A stretch of DNA of 64,000 nt from Laetmonice hystrix (taxonomy: Eukaryota), in contig OZ249436.1 of NCBI GenBank assembly GCA_965235115.1, forward strand, positions 18,106,001 to 18,170,000, in the 5' to 3' direction. The notes beneath the pieces are model-generated. The model ran no database searches. It was not told where the DNA came from and worked only from the letters and a program-made list of their open reading frames with translations. This document shows positions 13,791 through 25,800 of the stretch, one piece after another. Position numbers and translations under genes: made by a program. Every line of letters starts with the position of its first letter. Positions within the stretch are counted from its first letter, which is position 1.

Positions 13791-13984
13791 ACATTTTGGT
13801 TAAATTTTACAATCTCCCTCTTAAAAATTCCCCACATTTGTAACGGCACCCAGCCGAGTGGGTAATCCTGGGTAAAGATGTTCAATAAAAAAGAAAACTA
13901 GAGAAAAGGAAACCTGTCGTTGACATATCATCACTTTCCTGGGTGAAGAAAAGTCACAACTCAGGTATACTAATAAGTCATGTA

Positions 13985-14451
13985 CGTTTATCACAGTTCC
14001 AGTAACAATGCCGCTTTCTGATTGGTCCAGGCCCACGCGATATGAAGCCGTACTCGGTGACATCGCACCAAACGGGTAGGATGGGCCATCCTATAGTAGT
14101 AATCGTCGCGCCATCTGCCGGTCAAACAGGTCATTTTTCTATCCTACCGTTTTGGCTGCAGCGCCGATACTGTGACATCACACTGTGCCTGTGGCCACAG
14201 TGTGACACCAACACTGCCATGCGATGGCAGCAAATGACTGCAAAACTTCAAAAAGGCGTTTTGCCGAATTTAATGACTACATCTAATCTAATGTGAGGAC
14301 TGGAACTGTGATAAAATCGTTGCCCCATGTTTGCTTTTACGAAGTACGGAATATAACCTAGCCTTGGTTGGCCATACCACATTCGGGCTTCGCCCTCATG
14401 TGGTATGGCCAACCAAGGCTAGGTTATATTCCGTACTTCGTAAGCAAACAT
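13985..14451. mobile_element. Hairpin-ended non-autonomous element (Crypton-like), interrupted at 14451 and resuming at 18263-18276
   Basis: 17-bp inverted repeat 13987-14003 / 14299-14315; long hairpin from 14319 centred on GGGCTTCGCCC, whose right arm is completed by AACATGGGGGTAAC after the inserted element. Superfamily assignment is tentative. Confidence 0.55.
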
Positions 14452-17400
14452 CACTGGCTACACACTGATCATCGTAACGCGCGTTACGCTGATCCAAGAT
14501 GGACGATCCCGATGCTCGCTTCGCGTGTTTTTGTTCAAGTTACAAGGGCTACGGTGCATCAACAACATAAAACAACATCTGAATATCATGATAACAATGT
14601 GTGCCTGCCGTTTGTCTCAGTTTGGGGTCCTAGACGGGCGTAGATTAAGAGAAAATGGACGCAGAAGATTTGGCGATGATACCCGTAACGCGCAGCGCTG
14701 ATCCCCGTAACGCAAGTTTAATTTGGTGACAGGATAGGCGTAACGCGGCACCTAAACCTTTCACTGAGCCTAAAGGTTTTTACGTAGACGAGTAGACGAC
14801 TTTCAACATCGGCTCGTGATCTGATAATGAATCTCAACTTTGTAATGAGCATTATCTACTTCAGTATCAAGGTAAAACCATGAGGTACACGTATATAATA
14901 GGGCCCGGATTAACAGCGCGTGTGATACTATACTATACTATAGGTGTTACCATACAGAGTGTGTGTGGACCCCAGGGCGGGGTCACGAATCTAAGACATG
15001 CCTGGCAGGCACCATGAGAGATCGAGATGCTTTGTCCTTCCCCAGTACCCCGGGGTAGAGCACCCTGACTCCTCCGTCTGTCAGCAGGGAGTACGCTAGT
15101 GAATTTGGGGTATTAGCCACAGTGGCTAACAACTGAGGAAAAGAACTAGCCACAGGGAAAAAGTTTAACCACAGTTGTTTTAATGTTTTTTATTTAGGTA
15201 ACCAGAGTTCATTATACATGTATTATACAGTCTTAATTTCTCTGTATAGTATAAAGTACATGTACTTTCATTTGCCAGCTGTGTGTAGGCCTAGTGAACG
15301 TTTTGGGGGGAATAAGCTGTCCTATATCTCGAGGATAACTCTACACAAGTGGCCCTCTTGAGCAGCAAGAATATTGGGATCCAGTACAGTACACCTACAC
15401 CTCAGAGGAGGCCTGGCCCAAATTGACGGGTACCTAGGCTATACATGTACATTGTAATACCCTTTCATCACAGCGATCCCCCCCTGACAGCCCCCACCCC
15501 TCACACCCCCGACCCCCGTACTGAGCGGCCGAGCTGCCTCCCCACCTTCATGCCATGTGACCTCAGCCATGCTATGTGTCGCCTGTCCTCTCCTGGCACA
15601 CTCAGCCTGCCAGGTAGTAATCGGGATAGATTAAACTAGGCCTATATTAGGGGAAGGTGGGGTAAAATGGCCTAGGCGGGTGATATGGCCCACCCCATTA
15701 TCTGAGCTGTTAGCTGCTGCCATCTAGCGTTGACTATATGTACTGTTAGTCTATGTGATGTACGTCTTGGAACAAGCCATGCAGACGACGTCAGTTCATC
15801 CAGTGCCCGACAGATGATCGAAGTCAAAAAGTGACGTCTCTGACCTAAGATAGGCCTAAGTATGGCAGACTAGATGTCATCACTTGTAATCAAGACAACC
15901 TGGAGTGATTGTACCCATTGATAAGTCAGTTAGTGAACTAATTTATAGGATAAAAGAATCCAACTCTCTCATGCGTACCTCTTGTATGACATTTACAGAA
16001 CATGTGAGTTGGCAGGTGGGGCAATATTAATTTTACCCCATATAGGTGGGCCATTTTGTACCCATTGGGCAAAATGGCCCACTTTGGCAAAATATTTCTT
16101 GGCCGCAGATTTTCCTGGAAATGGCTTGTAGGATTCATGTTCACTTCATCTATGTTGCTGCTGATAAGGTCATGTTTCAATTGCATATAGTCAGCTCCTC
16201 TTCGTAGTGCATTAACTTATGTAAAAATCACCCTGAAGCTTAAGGTGGCCATTTTACCCCACCTTCCCACTCCAGGCTGACTGGCATCTGTCATAAACTC
16301 ACCCCAGATGGACTGGACCCAGGCCGGGGAGACGGGCCAGTACTGAGGGCCGGCCTGACCTGGGGTAGTCCGTAGAAGGAACAGACGCATACGGGGGGCT
16401 GGCCTGGCCTGGCGGAGAGACCGGGTCGGGTAGAACTGTACTGGGAGGGAAGACCAACTCTCTCTTTTTTCCGCTTGGGGCGCTAGTAGTCTTATGCGTT
16501 TGCAGCGCCCTCCAGTGGTTATGAGACCCGTAACGTCATCTGCCTTGGCCCAAGTGTAAACATGGGAAGGACCGATCGTCTATTGTGTCCCTGGATGCAC
16601 AAATTATCAAAATAGAGCAGGACGAAAGGCAGGGAAGGTTAATTAATTACTGCAGTAGACTTATATAGCCCGCACAGACAAACATTATGTAGTTCAAACG
16701 ACTGACACCGAATTATGCAATCGCGCCAGTTCAAGATCAAGTGGGCTTGGCCGCAACGCAAGGCTTGGGTCAACCCCCAATAAGAACGGCCCATTAGAAA
16801 TACTAAATCACAACAATAATTTTAGAATCTATCCAGGCCGGATTTTAGAGTAATCCTCGATCTATAATAGTATAAATGTATATGGCATTCACATCTGTTA
16901 CTTAATCTTTTCAAAATTTACCCAAAAAAACTGTCAGATTACGAGGGTACGAAATTGTAACGTCACAAACTTTGCCGATCTCCGGCTATGACAGTGCTTG
17001 GATTGAGAAAGGAGGGACCTTGCTAAACCATTCTAAGTATATGACATTGTTTGGTTCAATATTCTATCCCTTTATATCACGTGTCGACGTCCTTCCTTGT
17101 GTATTTTAGTAGTTAGGTGCGTTTCAACTGCCGAAGCGAAGCGCCGTCCGCCATTTTTTTTTAGGGCCCGTTATGATCACATTCCATTGTGACGTAGCGC
17201 TATTGTGCATTGTTCCTGACGTCGCTGATTGGGTCTCTCAGTCACGGAGTGGACAGGGCCTGATAAAATCGATTTCTAAAATATCTAAGAGTTTGCTAGG
17301 GCACCTAGATTTTTTCCACGCCTTTGCTACATTCTGCTCCACTGCCTATACACTTTATCCATAATCAAGTTGATGTTTAAATCCAAGAGAGTCTAGGCCT

Positions 17401-18262
17401 AATGTCGCCGTCCTATGCCAAGCGTTGCACCCGAGCACCGGTCTCATAACCACATGGGGGCGCTGCGAACGACCCTACATATTTGAGCGATGATTGGGGC
17501 AGGAAAGAGAGTTGGCCTTCCCTCCAGTACAGTTCTATGGTTGGAGAGACCGGGTCGGGTTGGTCGGTCACCCTGGTCTCTGACCACCCACATGTCACAC
17601 CGACACACGTGCTCCAACCACAGTCAGTGGTGGATCAGGCGTGCATGGGGGGGGGGGGGGACCTGAGCTATAAACTGGAGACGGCTGGAATTTGCAGGCG
17701 TGGCGAATTTGGTGGTTTATTTTGGCAGTGGAACTCGCCACAGGCTGGAAGTATTCGCGTTTGCGAGCGTGGCTACCGCTAACGTACTCCGTTCTACATG
17801 AAGTTAAACTGTCAAAACTCTGCCACAACCTGCACAAGATTTCAAATAACACAAACAATTAAATTCCCTTCAAACGAAAACTGGTGAGAATGGTTTTTCT
17901 ACTTGAAAGACGAAGAATAAAGGCATTACAGCTTACGAGTGAATGGCAGGCTAACCAGCAATGAGTCGCGTTACGGGTATCAATAATTCGCGTTACGGGT
18001 ATCATTTGTCAACATGCTTGTCCGCGTTACGGGTATCACAGCGAAAATTTTCGGAGCGATTTTTGAGATTTCTAGGCAATCTCAGGCGCCGAGGTTCACC
18101 AAACATGATGCCACCATTACAATAAACAACTCTGACGTCTTACAGATGAATCAGAGACACGGAACTGCTTGAAATACGCCTAGTTTTAGTTGAAGCGAGA
18201 CCTGCCTTCCTCCATCTTGGATCAGCGTAACGCGCGTTACGATGATCAGTGTGTAGCCAGTG
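14452..18262. mobile_element. Non-autonomous DNA transposon, 52-bp perfect TIRs, 5-bp TSD (Transib/RAG-like signature)
   Basis: TIR CACTGGCTACACACTGATCATCGTAACGCGCGTTACGCTGATCCAAGATGGA at 14452-14503, inverted at 18211-18262; TSD AACAT at 14447-14451 and 18263-18267; subterminal GATACCCGTAACGCG repeats; no transposase ORF. Confidence 0.85.
15650..16268. mobile_element. Nested MITE (Tc1/mariner-pogo-like)
   Basis: TIR GGGAAGGTGGGGTAAAATGGCC ... GGCCATTTTACCCCACCTTCCC, preceded by TA. Confidence 0.65.
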
Positions 18263-18617
18263 AACATGGGGTAACTGTTAGTACACATACTGTACAGGCT
18301 GTAAACAGTGATGCTAAAACAGATTGTGCGCGGAATCTTTAAAAAAAATCGCGATCTGGCTCATACACACTGTAGTGTGTCATCAGATGGTACTGCTGAC
18401 ATTTCTCAATAATAGGCTGACACCAAATATATCAGACATCAGACCAAATACATCAGACTGAAAAGAGTACAATAATATACCTCTACAATGGCCCCTTGCG
18501 TATAATATGAGTATCTAATACGGTAGATAGTTTGTTTCTTAATATATTTCCATACACTCAAAGTAAATAACAGTAACATTACTCTGGTATTGATTACCAT
18601 GTTATTGATTATGATAA

Positions 18618-19726
18618 GGTCATACACCTCATACCAGGCGTTCCACCTTCCTCAGGAACATGGAGGCCATACACCTCATACCAGGCGCTCCACCTTCCTC
18701 AGGAACATGATGGAGGCCATACACCTCATACCAGGCGCTCCACCTTCCTCAGGCACATGATGGAGACCATACACCTCATACCAGGCGCTCCACCTTCCTC
18801 AGGCACATGATGGAGGCCATACACCTCATACCAGGCGCTCCACCTTCCTCAGGCACATGATGGAGGTCATACACCTCATACCAGGTGCTCCACCTTCCTC
18901 AGGCTCATGATGGAGGTCATACACCTCATACCAGGCGCTCCACCTTCCTCAGGCACATGATGGAGGTCATACACTTCATACCAGGCGCTCCACCTTCCTT
19001 AGGCACATGATGGAGGTCATACACTTCATACCAGGCGCTCCACCTTCCTCAGGAACATGGAGGCCATACACCTCATACCAGGCGCTCCACCTTCCTCAGG
19101 CACATGATGGAGGTCATACACCTCATACCAGGCGCTCCACCTTCCTCAGGCACATGATGGAGGTCATACACCTCATACCAGGCGCTCCACCTTCCTCAGG
19201 CACATGATGGAGGCCATACACCTCATACCAGGCGCTCCACCTTCCTCAGGCACATGATGGAGGTCATACACCTCATACCAGGCGCTCCACCTTCCTCAGG
19301 CACATGATGGAGGTCATACACCTCATACCAGGTGCTCCACCTTCCTCAGGCACATGATGGAGGTCATACACCTCATACCAGGCGCTCCACCTTCCTCAGG
19401 CACATGATGGAGGTCATACACCTCATACCAGGCGCTCCACCTTCCTCAGGCACATGATGGAGGTCATACACCTCATACCAGGCGCTCCACCTTCCTCAGG
19501 CACATGATGGAGGCCATACACCTCATACCAGGCGCTCCACCTTCCTCAGGCACATGATGGAGGTCATACACCTCATACCAGGCGCTTCACCTTCCTCAGG
19601 CACATGATGGAGGTCATACACCTCATACCTGGCAGCATATGAACTTAAACCTCATACCAGGTGCTCCACCTTCCTCAGGAACATGGAGGCCATACACCTC
19701 ATACCAGGTGCTCCACCTTCCTCAGG
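18618..19726. repeat. 50-bp minisatellite (~21 copies, some 47-bp variants) just downstream of the MALT1 stop
   Basis: Unit CATACACCTCATACCAGGCGCTCCACCTTCCTCAGGCACATGATGGAGGT; period 50 (18721 vs 18771). Confidence 0.96.
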
Positions 19727-19825
19727 ACGACTATTTAGAAGTCCAGATTAATGCGGCTTTACATTACATTTACATTACAGAGCTCGGAGCTTCAGCTTCC
19801 AGGCGCCCAGTCCATGGCGGTGATC

Positions 19826-22800
19826 CTAGCTTGAGGAGTCTTCATCACCCTTCCATTGGTTCAACTTGGAGACCAAGGGCCAGCCGAGGTCGACCGTGAC
19901 TTCTGTGACTTCTGTCATTTTGTCATCACCCACGCACATCTCCACCCTCAGCACGGGGCACAGTGGTCCCTGAACACACACACAAACATGGCTTTAACTG
20001 GGAGCAGTGACATGGCAGTGACCCTGGCATGGATCAACAAAGATGTTATTGCAACAAGTAGGCCAACGAAGTGAAATCTTCCCAGAAGTTCTATGTTAAA
20101 TTGATCAATCTTTACCCGTCATTTCCCTGAAAATTAGCACAGTGACCTATAATTTTTTATGCTTTATTTTGAAGCTTATACTATAACTATGCTAAAAATT
20201 AGAACTTTGGTATTGTTTTTAATTTTTGGCCTATGACACCGGTTTATCTTTAACTTTTAAGTGCGGGAAATGTTGATAAACGTATATTCTTGAGGAAAAA
20301 CCAGAAGGCTATGTAAGGCTATAAGGCACTGCTTGCCCCCTCTCAGCTATTAAAATGTTTAAAATTTAAACAGATCCATTTTATTCTTATTTATTTTCAG
20401 CATAGTACACTTTTAGTTTCATTGAGAAATATCATGATACATATCGTATCGTGACACAAGTGTATCGTTTCAGCCCTAGAATGGTGGCATATCCACGAAA
20501 TAAAGGGGCTAGATTTTTTTGTTTTGGGGGCGGAGAGGTCTGAGGACCACTGGAGATGTCCCCATAGGATTTACATCTTTAAGATTCAGTAAGAACCAGG
20601 CAAACATTAAGTGGGGTTTACTCCACGTACCACTATATAAGTTACAGATTGGGTCCTACATTAACACCTTCTGTACCAGCTATGTCAGCTGCAAACATCT
20701 CCAGTAGGCAGCACCCGTACTTACCTGTAGCCGCTGGAGACCGCAGAATTTAATGCAGGTTGGTCTAGGAGGGGCACCCGGCACCTGGACATGGTCTGTC
20801 TCATGGAACCCTGAGATAGTCTAAAAACAATACAACACCAACACAATCCAGCGTTAGTCTAAACACAACACAAACCCCCATGAGATAGTCTAAAATTATC
20901 CTTTAACAAAATCTATTAATTCTTTCGAAACACCCTTAAACATTGACCCTCAGACCAACAATGTGTTCCTCGTATTCAGTAACATTAACTTACCAACGGA
21001 ACTTCTTCAACTGTTACTTTCACCCATGATAAACTGCCAAAACGAGTAATTGTGACAAGCATCCTCAACTCATTGGAGAGGACTTGTTTGTAGTCCAGGT
21101 TGATTTCAGCGTCATGAGACTTGATCACGTACGTGCATGCATCTGGTTTCCCTGTAAAATTTAGACACAATCCACTCAGTGTTTCTGACGTGTTGGTTTA
21201 CCATAAAGGCAGGTAAACATACCCAATAAAATATCCACACATACAATCAATATCCAAAATATCTATATCTTATCAATTTTTTTTTACTCTTGTCTACTAC
21301 GTACCTCTTCAAAATTTTAGCTTTTTTGGGGGGGGGGGGGATTTTGGGAGCTTCCTAACTTATACTTACGATGTGCACAGCTCCACATTAACCGACGAAC
21401 GGTCATAGCTTTGGTATGACCAGAGTAGTCAACTGGGTCGTGTAAGCCAAGGCTATCGGACAGGTTGGACCTGATCTCCGGGAACTGTTTTGAAGCTTGC
21501 AGGAGAGGATCCTTTGCAATGGCTGCAAAAGAACTTTTTTTTACCTTTTTTCTCGCCCTGGACACTACATTTGTCGGAAGTTATTTTTTAATGCAAAATA
21601 ACAAGTAGTTAGTACTAAAGTGAAAACTGTCAAAACTCAAAAATTCAAAACTGTTTTACATTGATTAACGAAAACAAAAATTCTAATCACAGTAAATTGC
21701 ACAAATGTAATTCGCGCTTCCTGTTGTTGAAACATGTGGATGAAATATTTGATTAATTATTGATTATTTAATCAATCAGAGTGCTCATCAAATTGTAGAT
21801 GTCAATGCCCAGCCCCCAAGTTGACAGAGCAGAGTGCATACCTTGAGCGAGCTTGGTATGGAGTTCATGGACGCTCATGTCTTGCTGGATGATACCTGTC
21901 AGGTGAGTCATGAGGATTCCCTTCTCCGTCCTCTTATCTTCGTATGACGAGAAACCCGGGGTCCTTATCAAGTCAGGACATAAAATCTGTACTGCTGGCA
22001 TGTGGACAGAAACTTACAAATCTCTACGAACTTGGCAGATTGGTAGCAGCTCAATGTGAAGATTGGTAGCAACATCAATGTGAAGATTGGTAGCAGCTCA
22101 ATGTGAAGATTGGTAGCAACTCAATGTGAAGATTGGTAGCAGTGTTGTCCTACAGATTACGTTTTCACCAATACAACTTTACTTTCAATATAGCCAAGTA
22201 CTAGTTATCCTTTATATTTTCTGAAGCACAACATCTCAAATGGTCAAAGTGCCCCATACCATACACTTGTATATGTTGATTCGATGTAAAATGTTAAATG
22301 AATTCCAAATGATCTGAATGAGACGTGGTAAATGGCAGGATATAGCCTGGAGTATTTTCGATGTTAACATTAATTTCGGAGGTACTCACGTGGCATGGAT
22401 GACACAGGTATTACCAAATGACTTGAGTTTGACCTTGGCAGGGACTTCATCCTGCCGTATGTGGGAGGCTCTGTTAATGGAGAGTTGAGATCCAGTGGAA
22501 GTTCACAAGACCACAGGTATAACTTATGGAAGCAGGAAGTATTTAAATTCATGGTTCCCAGGCTATCAGCTTTCCCAAATTCCCAGACTTTTCCTGGACT
22601 TTTCCCGAATCTTTGACTTTTTCCATGACTATGTTCAGGTCTCCTTCCATTTTTTCTTAGCATGGGATATGGGACGATGATTAAAGAACGGTACCCTGAG
22701 TCGGCCAGAATGTGAACCAGCCACCTAGAATTGGAGTCTGTTGGTCAAATTCCCGGACTTTTCCCGGACTTTTGTACATATTTATCAAATTCCCGGACTT

Positions 22801-25800
22801 TTCCCAGCCAAGGAGGCCCAGTATAAAATTTCCAGACTTTTCCCGGTTTCCTGGACCCATGGGAACCATTTAAATTACTTATCTTCGATTGGGTTTCTAG
22901 TTTACACTGAAGGTCAGGATGCTAGTACTCCTACAGAGATAAAGTGTCAATAGAGGAACTCTGCCTTGCACCTAAAGTCGGCTTTCCTAATTTTGAGGGT
23001 GAAACCCTGTACAGTTGGCTTAGAATTATTTTGTTCCTGCACTGCAGGATGATGTTGGCTGTTCTCACTCATGATTGCTAGGTTAACCTATACTCACTCT
23101 AATCTACATATGTCAATGATTGCCAGACACATTGTTGGGCTGCGCTCTAAGATCGGGGCGAGTACATCAGCCTCCAGGCTGAGGCAGTCTTCAATCCTGT
23201 AGCAGGGAGTTGCATCCCATGGTACCATAAACGATTGGCCCCAGTGATTAAAACCATGTCCAACGTAGAAAAACAGCCCTAAAACATGAAATCACTATCT
23301 CTCAAATACTTTGGTACTATAGTGCATAGATTAGCCTTCATTTGACCTTCAGAGAGGCATTAAAGATTTTCTTTTATATGGTTAACTTAACATCCTGATG
23401 TTGCAAAAATAATGGTGTAATTATTTGAGGCCCTTCCATTATTTCCAAATATTAACTACATTTTCATAAAAATAAAGAAAATTTACTGTAGCTTTTTGTA
23501 TGTCTGATGTAATGACTTCGACAGCAAGGGTCTATAAAGTCCCCTATTGTAATATTTACCCAAATTTCAATCGCGGTGTTTTCACAGCTAATAAGGCATC
23601 TTACCGTACACCCCTTCATCAAGTAATTTACAGAACCATTTGATATGGAAGATCATCTCCTTCTTTTTGAGGTCGACAAGCGAGAGGACCATGAAGTCCA
23701 TGGCCCTCAGGTGGTCAGCCAGAGACAGTACGTCATTACGACCCGCCGGCAGCGGGTGGTGGGCACTCATGTACTTGGCTGTACCGATTAACAGCGCCAC
23801 CTTGGACTGGGCTGTGAGAACAGAACGAGGTCACTAGGTCAGAGGTCACTATTTAATGTCCAATTTCTATGTTGTAACATTCCCAGAGAAATATAATCAC
23901 CCAAAGTAAACCTAATTTATTTACTTCAAATACTTTATATACTTCAAATTTCAACAATGCTAAATTTCAACAATGCTGCCTTCACTGACTTTTTCCTTTT
24001 GCCTAATTTTTATCCCTGGCTGTCAAAATTTCTTTTCCCGTGTTTTCCCTGTGTTTTTGCGATTTTTCCAAATTCCCTGCGTTTTTCCTGCTGGTATTTT
24101 TTTATATCATTTTCCCTGTTTTCCGTGTGCTGTGGTCACCCTAACTATTGCCTCAGGCTTGAATATGTACCCCAGCATGATTTCGTCATAGTGGTGGCTC
24201 CACTGGTCCATTTACGTACCTATAGGCCTCGGTCCAACACGCGGCGAACCGTCAACGTCATTCATCACTGTAATGGTAAGAATTATTAAACAAGGACCAT
24301 CAAACAAGGACCATCAAACAAGGACCATCAAACAAGAGCTATTAAACTACAAAACGTGACAAAATAAAAGACATGTATGCACTTCATTCTACAAACATTG
24401 CACCCTTTGCCTGTTTGATTGTTCCCCCTGGGTCACATTCCTACAAAATCAGGTGTTTGGGTTCCATTGCTGACATCACGTACCTTTGACACTGACTGAG
24501 TGACTCCTTACAGCATACTCAGGGAGGTTCCATACCTGACAGTGGTAACGACCTGTGTCAGAACCTCTGCACTCAGGGATCTAAACAGCATGGTAAACAT
24601 ACCTAAAGTAAGCACTGAAAATCGGATTCATAAAGAGAACAACCTGATAGAGACTCAGTTAAGAGTTACACAGAATAAATAACAAAATAAATTTTTACAA
24701 AAATGGTACAAATACTAGAACTAGATGCATAATATGTAACAGGCTTATCAAAGCTGTTCCTAATTCTAAACTGCTAAAAATATAAATATTTAAGCCTATT
24801 ATATGTTGGCCATAATACATATGAAGAGTCTTTGTGTATCAAAAAGGCAAATCTCACCCCGTCATTGACTGGGTTTCAAGATAAAAAAATGAGCTGATCT
24901 TCAGAAAAATCTCATGTCAGATATTACAGAGAACCTAAAGGCCGCAACACACTATGCGATTACACAAGTGACAGCTATCATTTCTGTTGTCAGCTAGTGT
25001 GTCTTGGCTATCACCAGTTCTGTTGCTTGAGTTGTCCTAACTTGGCCCCCCGGGTCACATTCCTACAAAATCAGGTGTTTGGGTCTCGAACTCCGCATTG
25101 TTGGATCTTACACAAAGTGCTTGTAACTCACATGTAGTATGGGCTTGTTCTGGCCATCAAGTGGACTATTGTCTCTAAACCATTGATAGAATGGTTCGGG
25201 TACTCCCTCAGCACGACAACAAAGTTGGAGAGGTTGGAGAAACTGGATGTTTAACTCTGTAGGTTCTGGATGTTTCAGAATCTTTGCCCTGTGGACCTCA
25301 CACTCAGATACTGTAACCGAAGCCCATTTTGATGTCCCTGACTTTGATTTGTTAAAGTTGTGCGCCTGGGCGGCATACCAACCAGAGTGACTCTTCCTAA
25401 ACAAAAAGAAGTTGAGCATATAAGTTATAAACTCTATCCATCTCAAGACCAGGGGGCTTTGCCCAATGGTAGCCCCCTCTCATACCCCCTAAAATATTCC
25501 TGGATGTGCCTCTCTGTCTCAAGTTATGTATGTATGAGAATATAGTTATCAAGGAAATATAGCATCTTTTCTTGTCTAATTCAATCCAATTCAATGCTTT
25601 ATTCCAGTCACATCCGTGATACAGAGGTCCATAGACTGCATACACTAAACACACTAAAAATAAGATCAAACTAAAGTAGAAAATTAAAATATACTATGCT
25701 AGAGAGAAGCATACCTAACGTCTTCCTTGCAAAACGATACATCTGATTGTCTATCTACTAAGTAGGCCCTACCAGCTGTAATATTATACACTAATATATT

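Noticed and set aside
14452..18262. Classification as CACTA/EnSpm because the ends start CACTG
   Set aside because: The flanks fit a 5-bp duplication and not a 2- or 3-bp one.
20112..20126. Alternative last-exon acceptor for MALT1 (TTTTCAG|GGAAAT)
   Set aside because: It gives GNDG-stop and loses the end of Ig3. The acceptor at 19969 yields the conserved VDLGWPLVSKL.
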